From an uncultured Nitrosopumilaceae archaeon (GTDB lineage Archaea; Thermoproteota; Nitrososphaeria; Nitrososphaerales; Nitrosopumilaceae), in assembly GCA_963920015.1 (NCBI GenBank), contig CAWTZF010000048.1:6698-30697 (forward strand): a stretch of DNA of 24,000 bases, read 5' to 3'. The position numbers and the translations under genes were made by a program. How positions within the stretch are numbered: position 1 is the stretch's first letter; each line of letters begins with the position of its first letter. Below, piece by piece: positions 7,669 to 14,639 of the stretch. A model generated the notes under the pieces. That model saw only the letters and a list, made by a program, of their open reading frames with translations, was not told the DNA's origin and did not search any database.

Positions 7669-8031
7669 ATGACTCTTCCAAAAGGATTTGGTTCAGCAGG
7701 AGGAGGCGGAGCAGGTGCTGCTGACGTCGAACGTATGATAGGTAGACGTATTGAAAATATGGTCGGTATGTTTACACTTGCATACATTGCAGCATGGTTA
7801 GCAACTTTTGCTGGTACAGCCGCAGGATATTTCTATTATCCATGGGCATATCCAACAAACAGTGGTCACTTTGCGTTTATCGTCCTAACAATTGTGGAAT
7901 CAATTGGATACATCTTCGTTGTCAAAATCGCTGAAGAGGGCTCTGCTAAGAAAAGTAATTATCTTATTGCAGGTACAGTCGGTGTTATAGCTATTCTTAC
8001 TCCACTTATAGTGATATTCGTTGGTCACTAA
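7669..8031 (+). CDS. amoX: AmoX, small membrane protein conserved between amoC and amoA in AOA
   Basis: 120 aa. It has a Gly/Ala-rich N-terminus and hydrophobic helices (MVGMFTLAYIAAWLATFAGTAAGYF, FAFIVLTIVESIGYIFVV, LIAGTVGVIAILTPLIVIFVG). Its position between amoC and amoA is the defining synteny of amoX. Confidence 0.85.
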   Translation: MTLPKGFGSAGGGGAGAADVERMIGRRIENMVGMFTLAYIAAWLATFAGTAAGYFYYPWAYPTNSGHFAFIVLTIVESIGYIFVVKIAEEGSAKKSNYLIAGTVGVIAILTPLIVIFVGH

Positions 8032-8046
8032 AACCAACTTCCGACA

Positions 8047-8059
8047 TTTTTCTATTTTT
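8047..8059 (+). terminator. T-runs downstream of amoX
   Basis: Two T5 runs (8047-8051 and 8055-8059) lie 15-28 nt after the amoX stop. Confidence 0.35.
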
Positions 8060-8100
8060 CCACTAGAAACTGTATTCCGATCTTCCTAGTGTAGTAAAAT

Positions 8101-8109
8101 TTTATATAT
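8101..8109 (+). promoter_or_regulatory. amoA TATA box (leaderless configuration)
   Basis: TTTATATAT is preceded by an A-rich BRE-like GTAAAA. Its centre is about 27 nt upstream of the amoA ATG (8132). Confidence 0.5.
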
Positions 8110-8131
8110 TGACACTTTATTCTATTGCGTA

Positions 8132-8782
8132 ATGGTCTGGCTTAGACGATGTACTCACTACTTATTCATAGTAGTAGTTGCGGTTAACTCAACCCTGTTG
8201 GTAATTAATGCAGGAGACTATATCTTCTATACAGATTGGGCCTGGACGTCATTCGTAGTATTTTCTATAGCAAATACTCTGATGATGTCTGTAGGTGCAG
8301 TATACTACCTGTTGTTTACTGGAGTTCCAGGAACAGCCACGTATTATGGTCTGATTATGCAGGTGTATACATGGGTAGCAAAGGGTGCTTGGTTTGCACT
8401 TGGATATCCATACGACTTTATCGTAACACCAATGTGGATACCATCATGCATGTTGTTAGACTTAGTATATTGGGCGACAAAGAAGAACAAGCACTCACTG
8501 ATACTATTCGGTGGAGTGCTGGTAGGAATGTCGTTCCCACTGTTCAATATGATTAACTTGTTAACGGTCGCAGACCCGCTAGAAACTGCGTTCAAATATC
8601 CAAGACCCACATTACCACCATATATGACGCCAATCGAGCCGCAGGTCGGAAAGTTCTATAACAGTCCGGTTGCGCTTGGTGCGGGTGCTGGTGCTGTGTT
8701 GGCAGTTACGTTTACTGCGCTGGGTGCTAAACTCAATACGTGGACGTATCGATGGATGGCCGCTTGGTCAAAGTGGGACTAA
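8132..8782 (+). CDS. amoA: Ammonia monooxygenase subunit A (archaeal type)
   Basis: 216 aa. MVWLRRCTHYLFIVVVAVNSTLL..., FKYPRPTLPPYMTPIEPQVGKFYNSPVALG... and ...NTWTYRWMAAW are near-identical to remembered Nitrosopumilus AmoA. A T7 run (8809-8815) follows the stop. Confidence 0.97.
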   Translation: MVWLRRCTHYLFIVVVAVNSTLLVINAGDYIFYTDWAWTSFVVFSIANTLMMSVGAVYYLLFTGVPGTATYYGLIMQVYTWVAKGAWFALGYPYDFIVTPMWIPSCMLLDLVYWATKKNKHSLILFGGVLVGMSFPLFNMINLLTVADPLETAFKYPRPTLPPYMTPIEPQVGKFYNSPVALGAGAGAVLAVTFTALGAKLNTWTYRWMAAWSKWD

Positions 8783-8949
8783 AAATCCAAACTTTTCATT
8801 CTCTTAAATTTTTTTAGAGTGTTGTAAGCTCGAAAAATTTTTGAGCGAAATTTGTATTTAAGCTATTCTACATTTGATTAAAAAATATTGTACACATTGT
8901 AATCTTTTACAAATTTACCAGTATTCAATAAAATTCAAAACCATGAGGA

Positions 8950-9810
8950 ATGAAGCCTCAATATCGTCAGATTACCATCACGGTTCCAAAACCATTCGTA
9001 AAATGGGCCGGAGGAAAGAGGCAATTAATACCAGTTTTGAACAAGGAATTTCCTCAAAAATTTGGTACCTACTTTGAGCCATTTTTAGGAGGTGGTGCTG
9101 TCTTGTTTCATCTACTATCACAAAATCCAAATCAAAAGTGCTCCGTTTCAGATCTTAACTCTGATTTAGTTCTTACATACATAACAATTCGAGACAGAGT
9201 CGAAGAACTGATATCTTCTCTCAAAAAACATTCCAAGAAATATTCAGATGACAAAAATTCTTACTATTATAAAATTAGAGAAAAAGAACCAAAAGAACAG
9301 ATCGAAAAAAGTTCACGATTACTCTTTCTAAATAGAACATGCTTTAATGGTCTCTACAGAGTCAACAGCAAAGGAAAATTTAATGTTCCTCTAGGGAGAT
9401 ATTCAAATCCAAATATAGTAAATGCAGAAAATCTGATGGCAGTAAGTAGAATCCTTCAATCCCAAAAAATCACTATTATATGTCGTGATTTTTCTTCAAT
9501 TTTAGAAGACGCAAAAAAAGACGATTTCATCTACTTTGATCCTCCCTATCAACCAGCTAGTCAGACTGCCAATTTTACAAGCTATACTAATAGAGACTTT
9601 AATTTTGAAGATCTTAAAAGATTAGCAGATCTTTGCAATGATCTTGATTCAAAAGGATGTAAAGTAGTTTTGTCAAATTCCAATACCTCTGAAGTAAAAG
9701 ACATGTTTGATAGAAACTGGAAAATTAAAAAAATTCAAGTCAATCGCGCCATCAATTCTGATTCAAAAAAGAGAACTGGACATTCAGAATTAGTCATAAA
9801 AAATTACTAA
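8950..9810 (+). CDS. dam: Dam-family (D12 class, alpha-type) N6-adenine DNA methyltransferase
   Basis: 286 aa. VKWAGGKRQL and FEPFLGGGAV (AdoMet motif I) are N-terminal, and FDPPY (motif IV) is C-terminal. That motif order matches Dam, DpnIIA and EcoRV-type methyltransferases. The stop codon (9808-9810) directly abuts the 3' end of tRNA-Thr. Confidence 0.85.
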   Translation: MKPQYRQITITVPKPFVKWAGGKRQLIPVLNKEFPQKFGTYFEPFLGGGAVLFHLLSQNPNQKCSVSDLNSDLVLTYITIRDRVEELISSLKKHSKKYSDDKNSYYYKIREKEPKEQIEKSSRLLFLNRTCFNGLYRVNSKGKFNVPLGRYSNPNIVNAENLMAVSRILQSQKITIICRDFSSILEDAKKDDFIYFDPPYQPASQTANFTSYTNRDFNFEDLKRLADLCNDLDSKGCKVVLSNSNTSEVKDMFDRNWKIKKIQVNRAINSDSKKRTGHSELVIKNY

Positions 9811-9883
9811 GCTTCGAGCGGGATCCGGACCCGCGACCTTTACCTTACCAAGGTAACGCTCTACCAGGCTGAGCTATCGAAGC
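9811..9883 (-). tRNA. tRNA-Thr (anticodon GGU), no intron, atypical T-loop
   Basis: The reverse complement folds as GCTTCGA/TA/GCTC-AGCCTGGTA-GAGC/G/TTACC-TTGGTAA-GGTAA/AGGTC/GCGGG-TCCGGAT-CCCGC/TCGAAGC. All four stems are perfect. The T-loop is UCCGGAU instead of the UUCRAAU seen in the other four tRNAs here. A TATA-like AATTATAAGG lies about 29 nt upstream. Confidence 0.8.
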
Positions 9884-9975
9884 ACGAAAGTTCGGTTGTA
9901 GAAAATCCTTATAATTCTTGGTTATGATCTGAAAATCTCAAAACTGTTAAATCTCAAACAAAAATTAGCTATCTT

Positions 9976-10096
9976 GGAGGAGTAATCAAGCCTGGCCAAA
10001 GTAAGCAATTATGCTTTTGGACATGCAGGACTTAAGATCATATAATGGGTGATCCTGTCTCTCAGGAGTTCGTGGGTTCAAATCCCACCTCCTCCA
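9976..10096 (+). tRNA. tRNA-Leu (anticodon UAA) with two introns
   Basis: The acceptor is GGAGGAG/CTCCTCC plus discriminator A, and the T-arm is GTGGG-TTCAAAT-CCCAC. The variable arm is T-CTC-TCAG-GAG-TTC, and the anticodon arm is CAGGA-CTTAAG[intron]A-TCCTG. Intron 1 is 10002-10022 (21 nt, in the D-arm) and intron 2 is 10037-10051 (15 nt, position 37/38). Removing both gives an 85-nt class II tRNA with a restored D-stem (ATC/GAT). Confidence 0.85.
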
Positions 10097-10102
10097 CTGC
10101 TA

Positions 10103-10489
10103 TTATTTTGGATGTTTAATTCCTCGAGAATTCAAAACTTCGTAAACATCAGGAAGTGAAAATACAAAACCAATGTGAACGCAATCTTTTTCATTACATA
10201 ATTGGCAAAATAGCTCTCCCCTTTGAATTGCCACTTCAGCGATTCTATTTTTGATATTGTCTTTGAGGATCACTCTATCATCGTCAACTGAAATCTTTTC
10301 TAGCTTTGGAGCATATCTTGCAAAGGTTTTGTCCTTTAGCATATTCTCTTCTAGCATGTATGTAATATATCCAGCAAAACTGTTGACGCCTTTCATTGAA
10401 AGTTCGTCTTTGCTCTTCTCGTATACGTCATAGAATTTATCGTATACTGATTCTGAAACTGTAATTGATTTGAATCCAGGTTTCGGCAA
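10103..10489 (-). CDS. Ribbon-helix-helix (CopG/Arc-like) N-terminal domain protein with Cys/His-containing C-terminal domain
   Basis: 128 aa. The N-terminus KSITVSESVYDKFYDVYEKSK...FAGYITYMLEE fits a beta-alpha-alpha RHH pattern. The C-terminal CQLCNEKDCVH cluster is a possible metal site. The start codon is TTG, with no in-frame ATG upstream before a stop. A palindromic TTTAAA (10511-10516) lies about 25-27 nt upstream. Confidence 0.5.
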   Translation of the reverse strand: MPKPGFKSITVSESVYDKFYDVYEKSKDELSMKGVNSFAGYITYMLEENMLKDKTFARYAPKLEKISVDDDRVILKDNIKNRIAEVAIQRGELFCQLCNEKDCVHIGFVFSLPDVYEVLNSRGIKHPK

Positions 10490-10607
10490 TTTACTTTCCT
10501 CTTACCGTAATTTAAAGTACAAGTATTTAACATTTGTTCTTAACCTTTGAGACACCTATTGGTGAAGGAAAATTAGACTTTATACCATACCAGAATTCAT
10601 GAGCTGT

Positions 10608-11504
10608 ATGGTCAGAGGATATCAGACTGATGATCTAAAAGACAAACTAGTTGAGCTACTACGAGACGCAAAGACTGGTTTGTCTGGTGTTGAAATTTCT
10701 GAGAAACTCGGAATTAATAGAATCACCATGACAAAGTATCTCAAAGTCTTTGCAGCAGAAGGTATGCTAAGACAAAAAAATATTGGAAATGTAACTCTCT
10801 GGTTTATTGAAGAAGGAACAGAACAATTTCATTTCCCTGATGACTATTTCAAAGTAAAAACAAAATATCTTGAATACTTGCAAGTAATTTCTGAGAATCA
10901 GATTTACAATTTGATTAGAAACTGCCTTCATTCTGATGCTAAAATTCCAAAATTAATGTCAGAGGTAATAATTCCAGCCACAGAACATACCAAAAAATTG
11001 TATGAAGATGGCAAGATTGGAAATTCCGAAAAAAAACTCTTAGATAATTTTACTTCAAAATCAATTCAATTAACCAATTTACTTCCAACAGAGTCTGACC
11101 CCAAAAAGAATGTGATTATTATTTCAGCTGATGCTAATAGCACATTGCTAGCCGAAGCTGCTTCGGCCTCATTTCATTCTGAAGAATGGACTGTATCATC
11201 CTTGGGAGATATGTCAGCTGCAATTGATGTTTTATTTGATTTGGATCTGCAAAAATTTCTTGGAAAAGTTTGGAAGAAAAAAAATGGAATTATGATTACT
11301 GTAGTTTTTGCAGACACAGAAGAAGGTCTGAACTTTTTTGCAGAATCTGTAAATTCTGTTAAAGAAGAGATTGGAAAAAATCTCCATCTTATCTTATGTG
11401 GAAAGCTTGGAAAAAAGACAAGCATTCAATCAGATCTCACTACAGATAATCTTGATGCAGTACTGCAATGGTCTCAAACGGTGTATGAGAGTCTAGAATC
11501 TTAA
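10608..11504 (+). CDS. Winged-HTH regulator with helical linker and cobalamin-binding-like (Rossmann) C-terminal domain
   Basis: The wHTH is LSGVEISEKLGINRITMTKYLKVFAAEGMLRQKNIGNVTLWF. The C-terminal half (NVIIISADANSTLL...WTVSSLG...IMITVVFAD...LHLILCGKLG) has the strand/helix pattern of B12-binding domains but lacks the DxHxxG histidine. CTTTATAC (10578-10585) is centred 27 nt upstream of the ATG at 10608. The ATG at 10599 is the ORF-track alternative. Confidence 0.55.
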   Translation: MVRGYQTDDLKDKLVELLRDAKTGLSGVEISEKLGINRITMTKYLKVFAAEGMLRQKNIGNVTLWFIEEGTEQFHFPDDYFKVKTKYLEYLQVISENQIYNLIRNCLHSDAKIPKLMSEVIIPATEHTKKLYEDGKIGNSEKKLLDNFTSKSIQLTNLLPTESDPKKNVIIISADANSTLLAEAASASFHSEEWTVSSLGDMSAAIDVLFDLDLQKFLGKVWKKKNGIMITVVFADTEEGLNFFAESVNSVKEEIGKNLHLILCGKLGKKTSIQSDLTTDNLDAVLQWSQTVYESLES

Positions 11505-11514
11505 AAAACAGATA

Positions 11515-11603
11515 TGGGCCGAGTGAGATTCGAACTCACGACCTTTCGATGTCTGAATATGATTTATCAGTCGAACGCTCCAGCCAAGCTGAGCTACCGG
11601 CCC
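11515..11603 (-). tRNA. tRNA-Ile (anticodon GAU) with one canonical intron
   Basis: The reverse complement reads GGGCCGG/TA/GCTC..GAGC/G/TTCGA-CTGATA[14-nt intron]A-TCGAA/AGGTC/GTGAG-TTCGAAT-CTCAC/TCGGCCC/A. The intron is 11551-11564. The BHB is perfect: central helix CUGA/UCAG and bulges UA|A and AC|A. Confidence 0.88.
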
Positions 11604-11636
11604 ACGAAAAAAACTCGAGGATGCAGTCATTTAAGT

Positions 11637-12191
11637 TTAATTTTCTTTCCACTTGATGGAACACCCAATTGAAGGATCAAAATCCTTTTCGATACTTTGC
11701 CCATCAAGCAATTTTATAATATTGTTAATCATGGTCTCTTCAGTAGCCGTGTCCTCAGGTTTCATTGCATTATCAATTCTTCCATGAAAGACAAGTTTGT
11801 AGTCTTTGTCAAATAGAAAAGGATCTGGAGTACACATTGCTCCATATTTTTTTGCAATCTCCTGAGTTTCATCAACTAGGTATTCAAATTTCATGCCTTT
11901 TTCTGCTGCAATATTTTTCATACTCTCAAAACTATCATCAGGATACTTTACAGCATCATTACTGTTTATTCCAACAATTGCTATCTTATCTCCAAATTTT
12001 TCATGAATCTCTTTTATGGCCTCAATCTTTGCTTTCACATAGGGACAATGATTGCACATGAAAATAACAAGTAATCCTTCAGAATCTTTGTAATCATTTA
12101 ATGAATGCTTTTTGTCATCAATTCCTGTTAATTCAAAATCTGGTGCTTGATCACCTTTGTTCAACTTTATTTGGGATTCAAGTAAAACCAT
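11637..12191 (-). CDS. Thioredoxin-fold thiol-disulfide oxidoreductase (redoxin/AhpC-TSA-like)
   Basis: 184 aa. The CxxC motif sits in LLVIFMCNHCPYVKA, in a typical TlpA/redoxin context (GDQAPDFEL...). Confidence 0.75.
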   Translation of the reverse strand: MVLLESQIKLNKGDQAPDFELTGIDDKKHSLNDYKDSEGLLVIFMCNHCPYVKAKIEAIKEIHEKFGDKIAIVGINSNDAVKYPDDSFESMKNIAAEKGMKFEYLVDETQEIAKKYGAMCTPDPFLFDKDYKLVFHGRIDNAMKPEDTATEETMINNIIKLLDGQSIEKDFDPSIGCSIKWKEN

Positions 12192-12279
12192 GCATCAAAG
12201 ACATCAAAATGCAAATAAAATCTTTGCCAACTTAGATGAAGAGAACAATTAAAATCAACACATCTTTGATCCACTTCGT

Positions 12280-12353
12280 GGGCTGATAGTATAGCCTGGT
12301 AGTATACCCGCCTTGCACGCGGGGGGTCAGGGGTTCAAATCCCCTTCAGTCCA
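12280..12353 (+). tRNA. tRNA-Ala (anticodon UGC)
   Basis: It folds as GGGCTGA/TA/GTAT-AGCCTGGTA-GTAT/A/CCCGC-CTTGCAC-GCGGG/GGGTC/AGGGG-TTCAAAT-CCCCT/TCAGTCC/A. The G3:U70 pair characteristic of tRNA-Ala is present. Confidence 0.9.
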
Positions 12354-12438
12354 CTTACACAATTTTATACCTGACGATCTACAGTGGGTTTCATTTCTCT
12401 GGATGGATTTAAATAGCATTTATTATCGATAGTTTAGC

Positions 12439-12546
12439 ATGGCAAACCCAATAGATGGATGGCCCGTTTGGATTCCACTAATTGTAGGTTTAGCTCCAGG
12501 TCTTGTATACTGGATAGCAATTACCGCAAGACGTACCGGCAAGTAG
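12439..12546 (+). CDS. 35-aa hydrophobic micro-protein (absent from the ORF track)
   Basis: The product is MANPIDGWPVWIPLIVGLAPGLVYWIAITARRTGK*, a single TM helix with a basic C-terminal tail. TTTAAATA (12408-12415) is centred 27 nt upstream of the ATG, the same geometry as the confident genes in this window. Confidence 0.4.
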   Translation: MANPIDGWPVWIPLIVGLAPGLVYWIAITARRTGK

Positions 12547-12676
12547 TAAAACACTAGAAATAACATCTTTTTCTTATTTATTATTCGTAGATTCTATTAG
12601 GTTAAACGTTGTAACCTACCTTGTTTACAATATGATATGTCGCACGAGATTAGTTACTTCTTGTAATTCGATTCAT

Positions 12677-13747
12677 ATGAAGGGAGTCTTTCTTGGAATT
12701 TTTTTGGCACTTCTGATATTTCCAATAAGTTCTGGTTTTTCTCAAACCATCTCTGATACTGATCCAACACTTGCAATTGTTCTGACAAGCTATACGCCAT
12801 ATCATTACAAAGATGAAGGCGGTCACACTATAATCATTGGCGAAGTAGAAAACACAAAAAACTTTCCAATAACTGGAATAAAGATTTGGGCTGGATTCTA
12901 TAATGATGTAAATTTGCAACCACTTGAATCTGTTATAGGAAGTACGCTTTTAGAACTCGTTCCGCCTAATGGTAAATCTGCATACATGATAAAATCTCCA
13001 AGTCCTAATGCCGCAATAACTAATGTCTCTGTCAATATGCTTGGATTCAATTCTGGTAGTGACAAATCTCAGGTATTAGAAATTTCATCAGAGGATCTAC
13101 AGATAAGCGATAGAATCTCTTTTACTGGGAGCATAACAAATACTGGAGGTACTGACTCTGAAAACACCAAAGTTCATCTAATCTTTTATGATGCTTTTGA
13201 ACCTCCAAGACTACTCAGAATATCATCAATTGAAGTACCAAATACCATACCTCCTGATTCAACTGAAAACTTTGTGTTTGATGAGCCACTACTTACTCAA
13301 GCAGTTGGTTTTCAAGTACTTGCTGAATCAGCAAGCTTTCAATCAAATACTCTTGATATTGAAATAACTCCACCAGAACTTATAACAAAATTAATTTCCA
13401 TAAATGATGTTTCAATTACCGATAATCAGGGTAATCGATTATCTGATGTGAAAGCAAATACTTCAATTAATATTCAAAGTAACATTTGGATTCAAATTGC
13501 TTCAGAAAAAGAAACCTACGATCAGCCTTATGTTTACTATGCACAGATAAAACAATCCGGTGAAAAAGCATTTGTAGAATATATAGGAACATTTGAAGGA
13601 AAATTTGAAGGTCCTGATTCCCAAATTCCAACTGTAGAATGGACTCCAGAAAAAAATGGTCTGTACTTTATTGAGACCTTCGTGTGGGATCCAAACGCTG
13701 TTCCAATTGCTTCAAAAGGACCTATAATCATAGTTTTAGTTAACTAG
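12677..13747 (+). CDS. Secreted or surface protein with repeated beta-rich (FxLYD-like) modules
   Basis: The start is set at MKGVFLGIFLALLIFPISSGFSQ, a signal-peptide-like segment. The ORF-track start at 12632 adds 15 non-hydrophobic residues. There are two similar modules (ENTKNFPITGIKIWAGFYND and SENTKVHLIFYDAFEPP) and a third beta-rich C-terminal domain. Confidence 0.6.
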   Translation: MKGVFLGIFLALLIFPISSGFSQTISDTDPTLAIVLTSYTPYHYKDEGGHTIIIGEVENTKNFPITGIKIWAGFYNDVNLQPLESVIGSTLLELVPPNGKSAYMIKSPSPNAAITNVSVNMLGFNSGSDKSQVLEISSEDLQISDRISFTGSITNTGGTDSENTKVHLIFYDAFEPPRLLRISSIEVPNTIPPDSTENFVFDEPLLTQAVGFQVLAESASFQSNTLDIEITPPELITKLISINDVSITDNQGNRLSDVKANTSINIQSNIWIQIASEKETYDQPYVYYAQIKQSGEKAFVEYIGTFEGKFEGPDSQIPTVEWTPEKNGLYFIETFVWDPNAVPIASKGPIIIVLVN

Positions 13748-13778
13748 ATTTATTTTCAAAACATGTACAAAATACATC

Positions 13779-14243
13779 ATGTCAGATTTTGATTTAGTAG
13801 CAACGGGAGGAACATTTGATCTAATTCATAAGGGTCATTTAGCACTACTTGAAAAATCATTTTCAATATCATCTAAAGTAATAATTGGACTGACAAGTGA
13901 TGACCTTGCCACAAAGAAAGACAAAAAAATTTCTAACAATTATCAAAATCGTTTTGAATCTTTGAAATCAATCATTAAGGAGCATTTTCCAAATTCACAA
14001 TACGAAATAAGTAAACTTGACAATGATTTTGGCCCCGCAGTACTTGAAGGAAAAGTACAAGCACTAGTTGTCAGCAAAGAGACTAGCTTTCAAGGAGAAA
14101 TTCTAAACAAATTACGTAAAGAAAAAAATCTTCCTGAAGTAGCAATAATTGTAGTTCCAATAGTCCTTGCAAAAGATGGCGACAGAATATCTTCAAGTAG
14201 AATAAGAAATTCTGAGATAGATGCTGATGGCAACTTGTCTTGA
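13779..14243 (+). CDS. coaD: Phosphopantetheine adenylyltransferase, archaeal type (cytidylyltransferase fold)
   Basis: 154 aa. It carries GGTFDLIHKGHLALL ((H/T)xGH nucleotidyltransferase motif) and RISSSRIR (ISSTxxR-like motif). Confidence 0.8.
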   Translation: MSDFDLVATGGTFDLIHKGHLALLEKSFSISSKVIIGLTSDDLATKKDKKISNNYQNRFESLKSIIKEHFPNSQYEISKLDNDFGPAVLEGKVQALVVSKETSFQGEILNKLRKEKNLPEVAIIVVPIVLAKDGDRISSSRIRNSEIDADGNLS

Positions 14244-14307
14244 ATTGACAAGAAACTTGTCTATCATTGAGTAAGCGGAATAAAACAATAATTCTCAATT
14301 TGAGACT

Positions 14308-14637
14308 ATGGCCATCATAAATCATATGATGAAAAAACTAGATGATGATGTAAGTAATCTCAAAAAAGGTCTATATCCTGAAAATCTTGCTTTCTGGTAC
14401 GATAAAGTAATCAAAGAAACCAAAGAGATGGCTCCTCCATGGCTTCAAGATAAAATCAAAGTAAAACAGGATCCCATTCTTACTATGAAATTCAATGTAG
14501 ATATTTCAAAACGGGCAGTACGATATTTTATGATGGCAATTGATGACAATTTAGATAAAATGCCATATACGACAAAACTGTATTTCCTGAAAGTTCAAGA
14601 AATCATGGACTCTGAAGTGGATAAATCACTTGTCTAG
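14308..14637 (+). CDS. Hypothetical protein
   Basis: 109-aa ORF with normal-looking codon usage and no strong competing ORF. No motif recognised. Confidence 0.5.
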   Translation: MAIINHMMKKLDDDVSNLKKGLYPENLAFWYDKVIKETKEMAPPWLQDKIKVKQDPILTMKFNVDISKRAVRYFMMAIDDNLDKMPYTTKLYFLKVQEIMDSEVDKSLV

Positions 14638-14639
14638 TC

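Noticed and set aside
8236-8610. ORFs 8236-8556 (+) and 8344-8610 (-) inside amoA, and 7375-7575 (-) inside amoC
   Set aside because: They are alternative-frame or antisense ORFs within near-perfectly conserved AMO subunit genes. The relatively GC-rich amo genes have few stops in other frames.
8874-9077. 67-aa ORF overlapping the dam start
   Set aside because: It is out of frame with the Dam CDS, whose N-terminal VKWAGGKRQL motif fixes the correct frame.
8950-10489. A type II restriction-modification system (Dam methyltransferase plus neighbouring ORF as endonuclease or controller)
   Set aside because: Two tRNA genes separate the only nearby protein (128 aa) from the methyltransferase. That protein has an RHH DNA-binding N-terminus and no nuclease-like PD-(D/E)xK or HNH motif that I can see. 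GATC is not visibly avoided.
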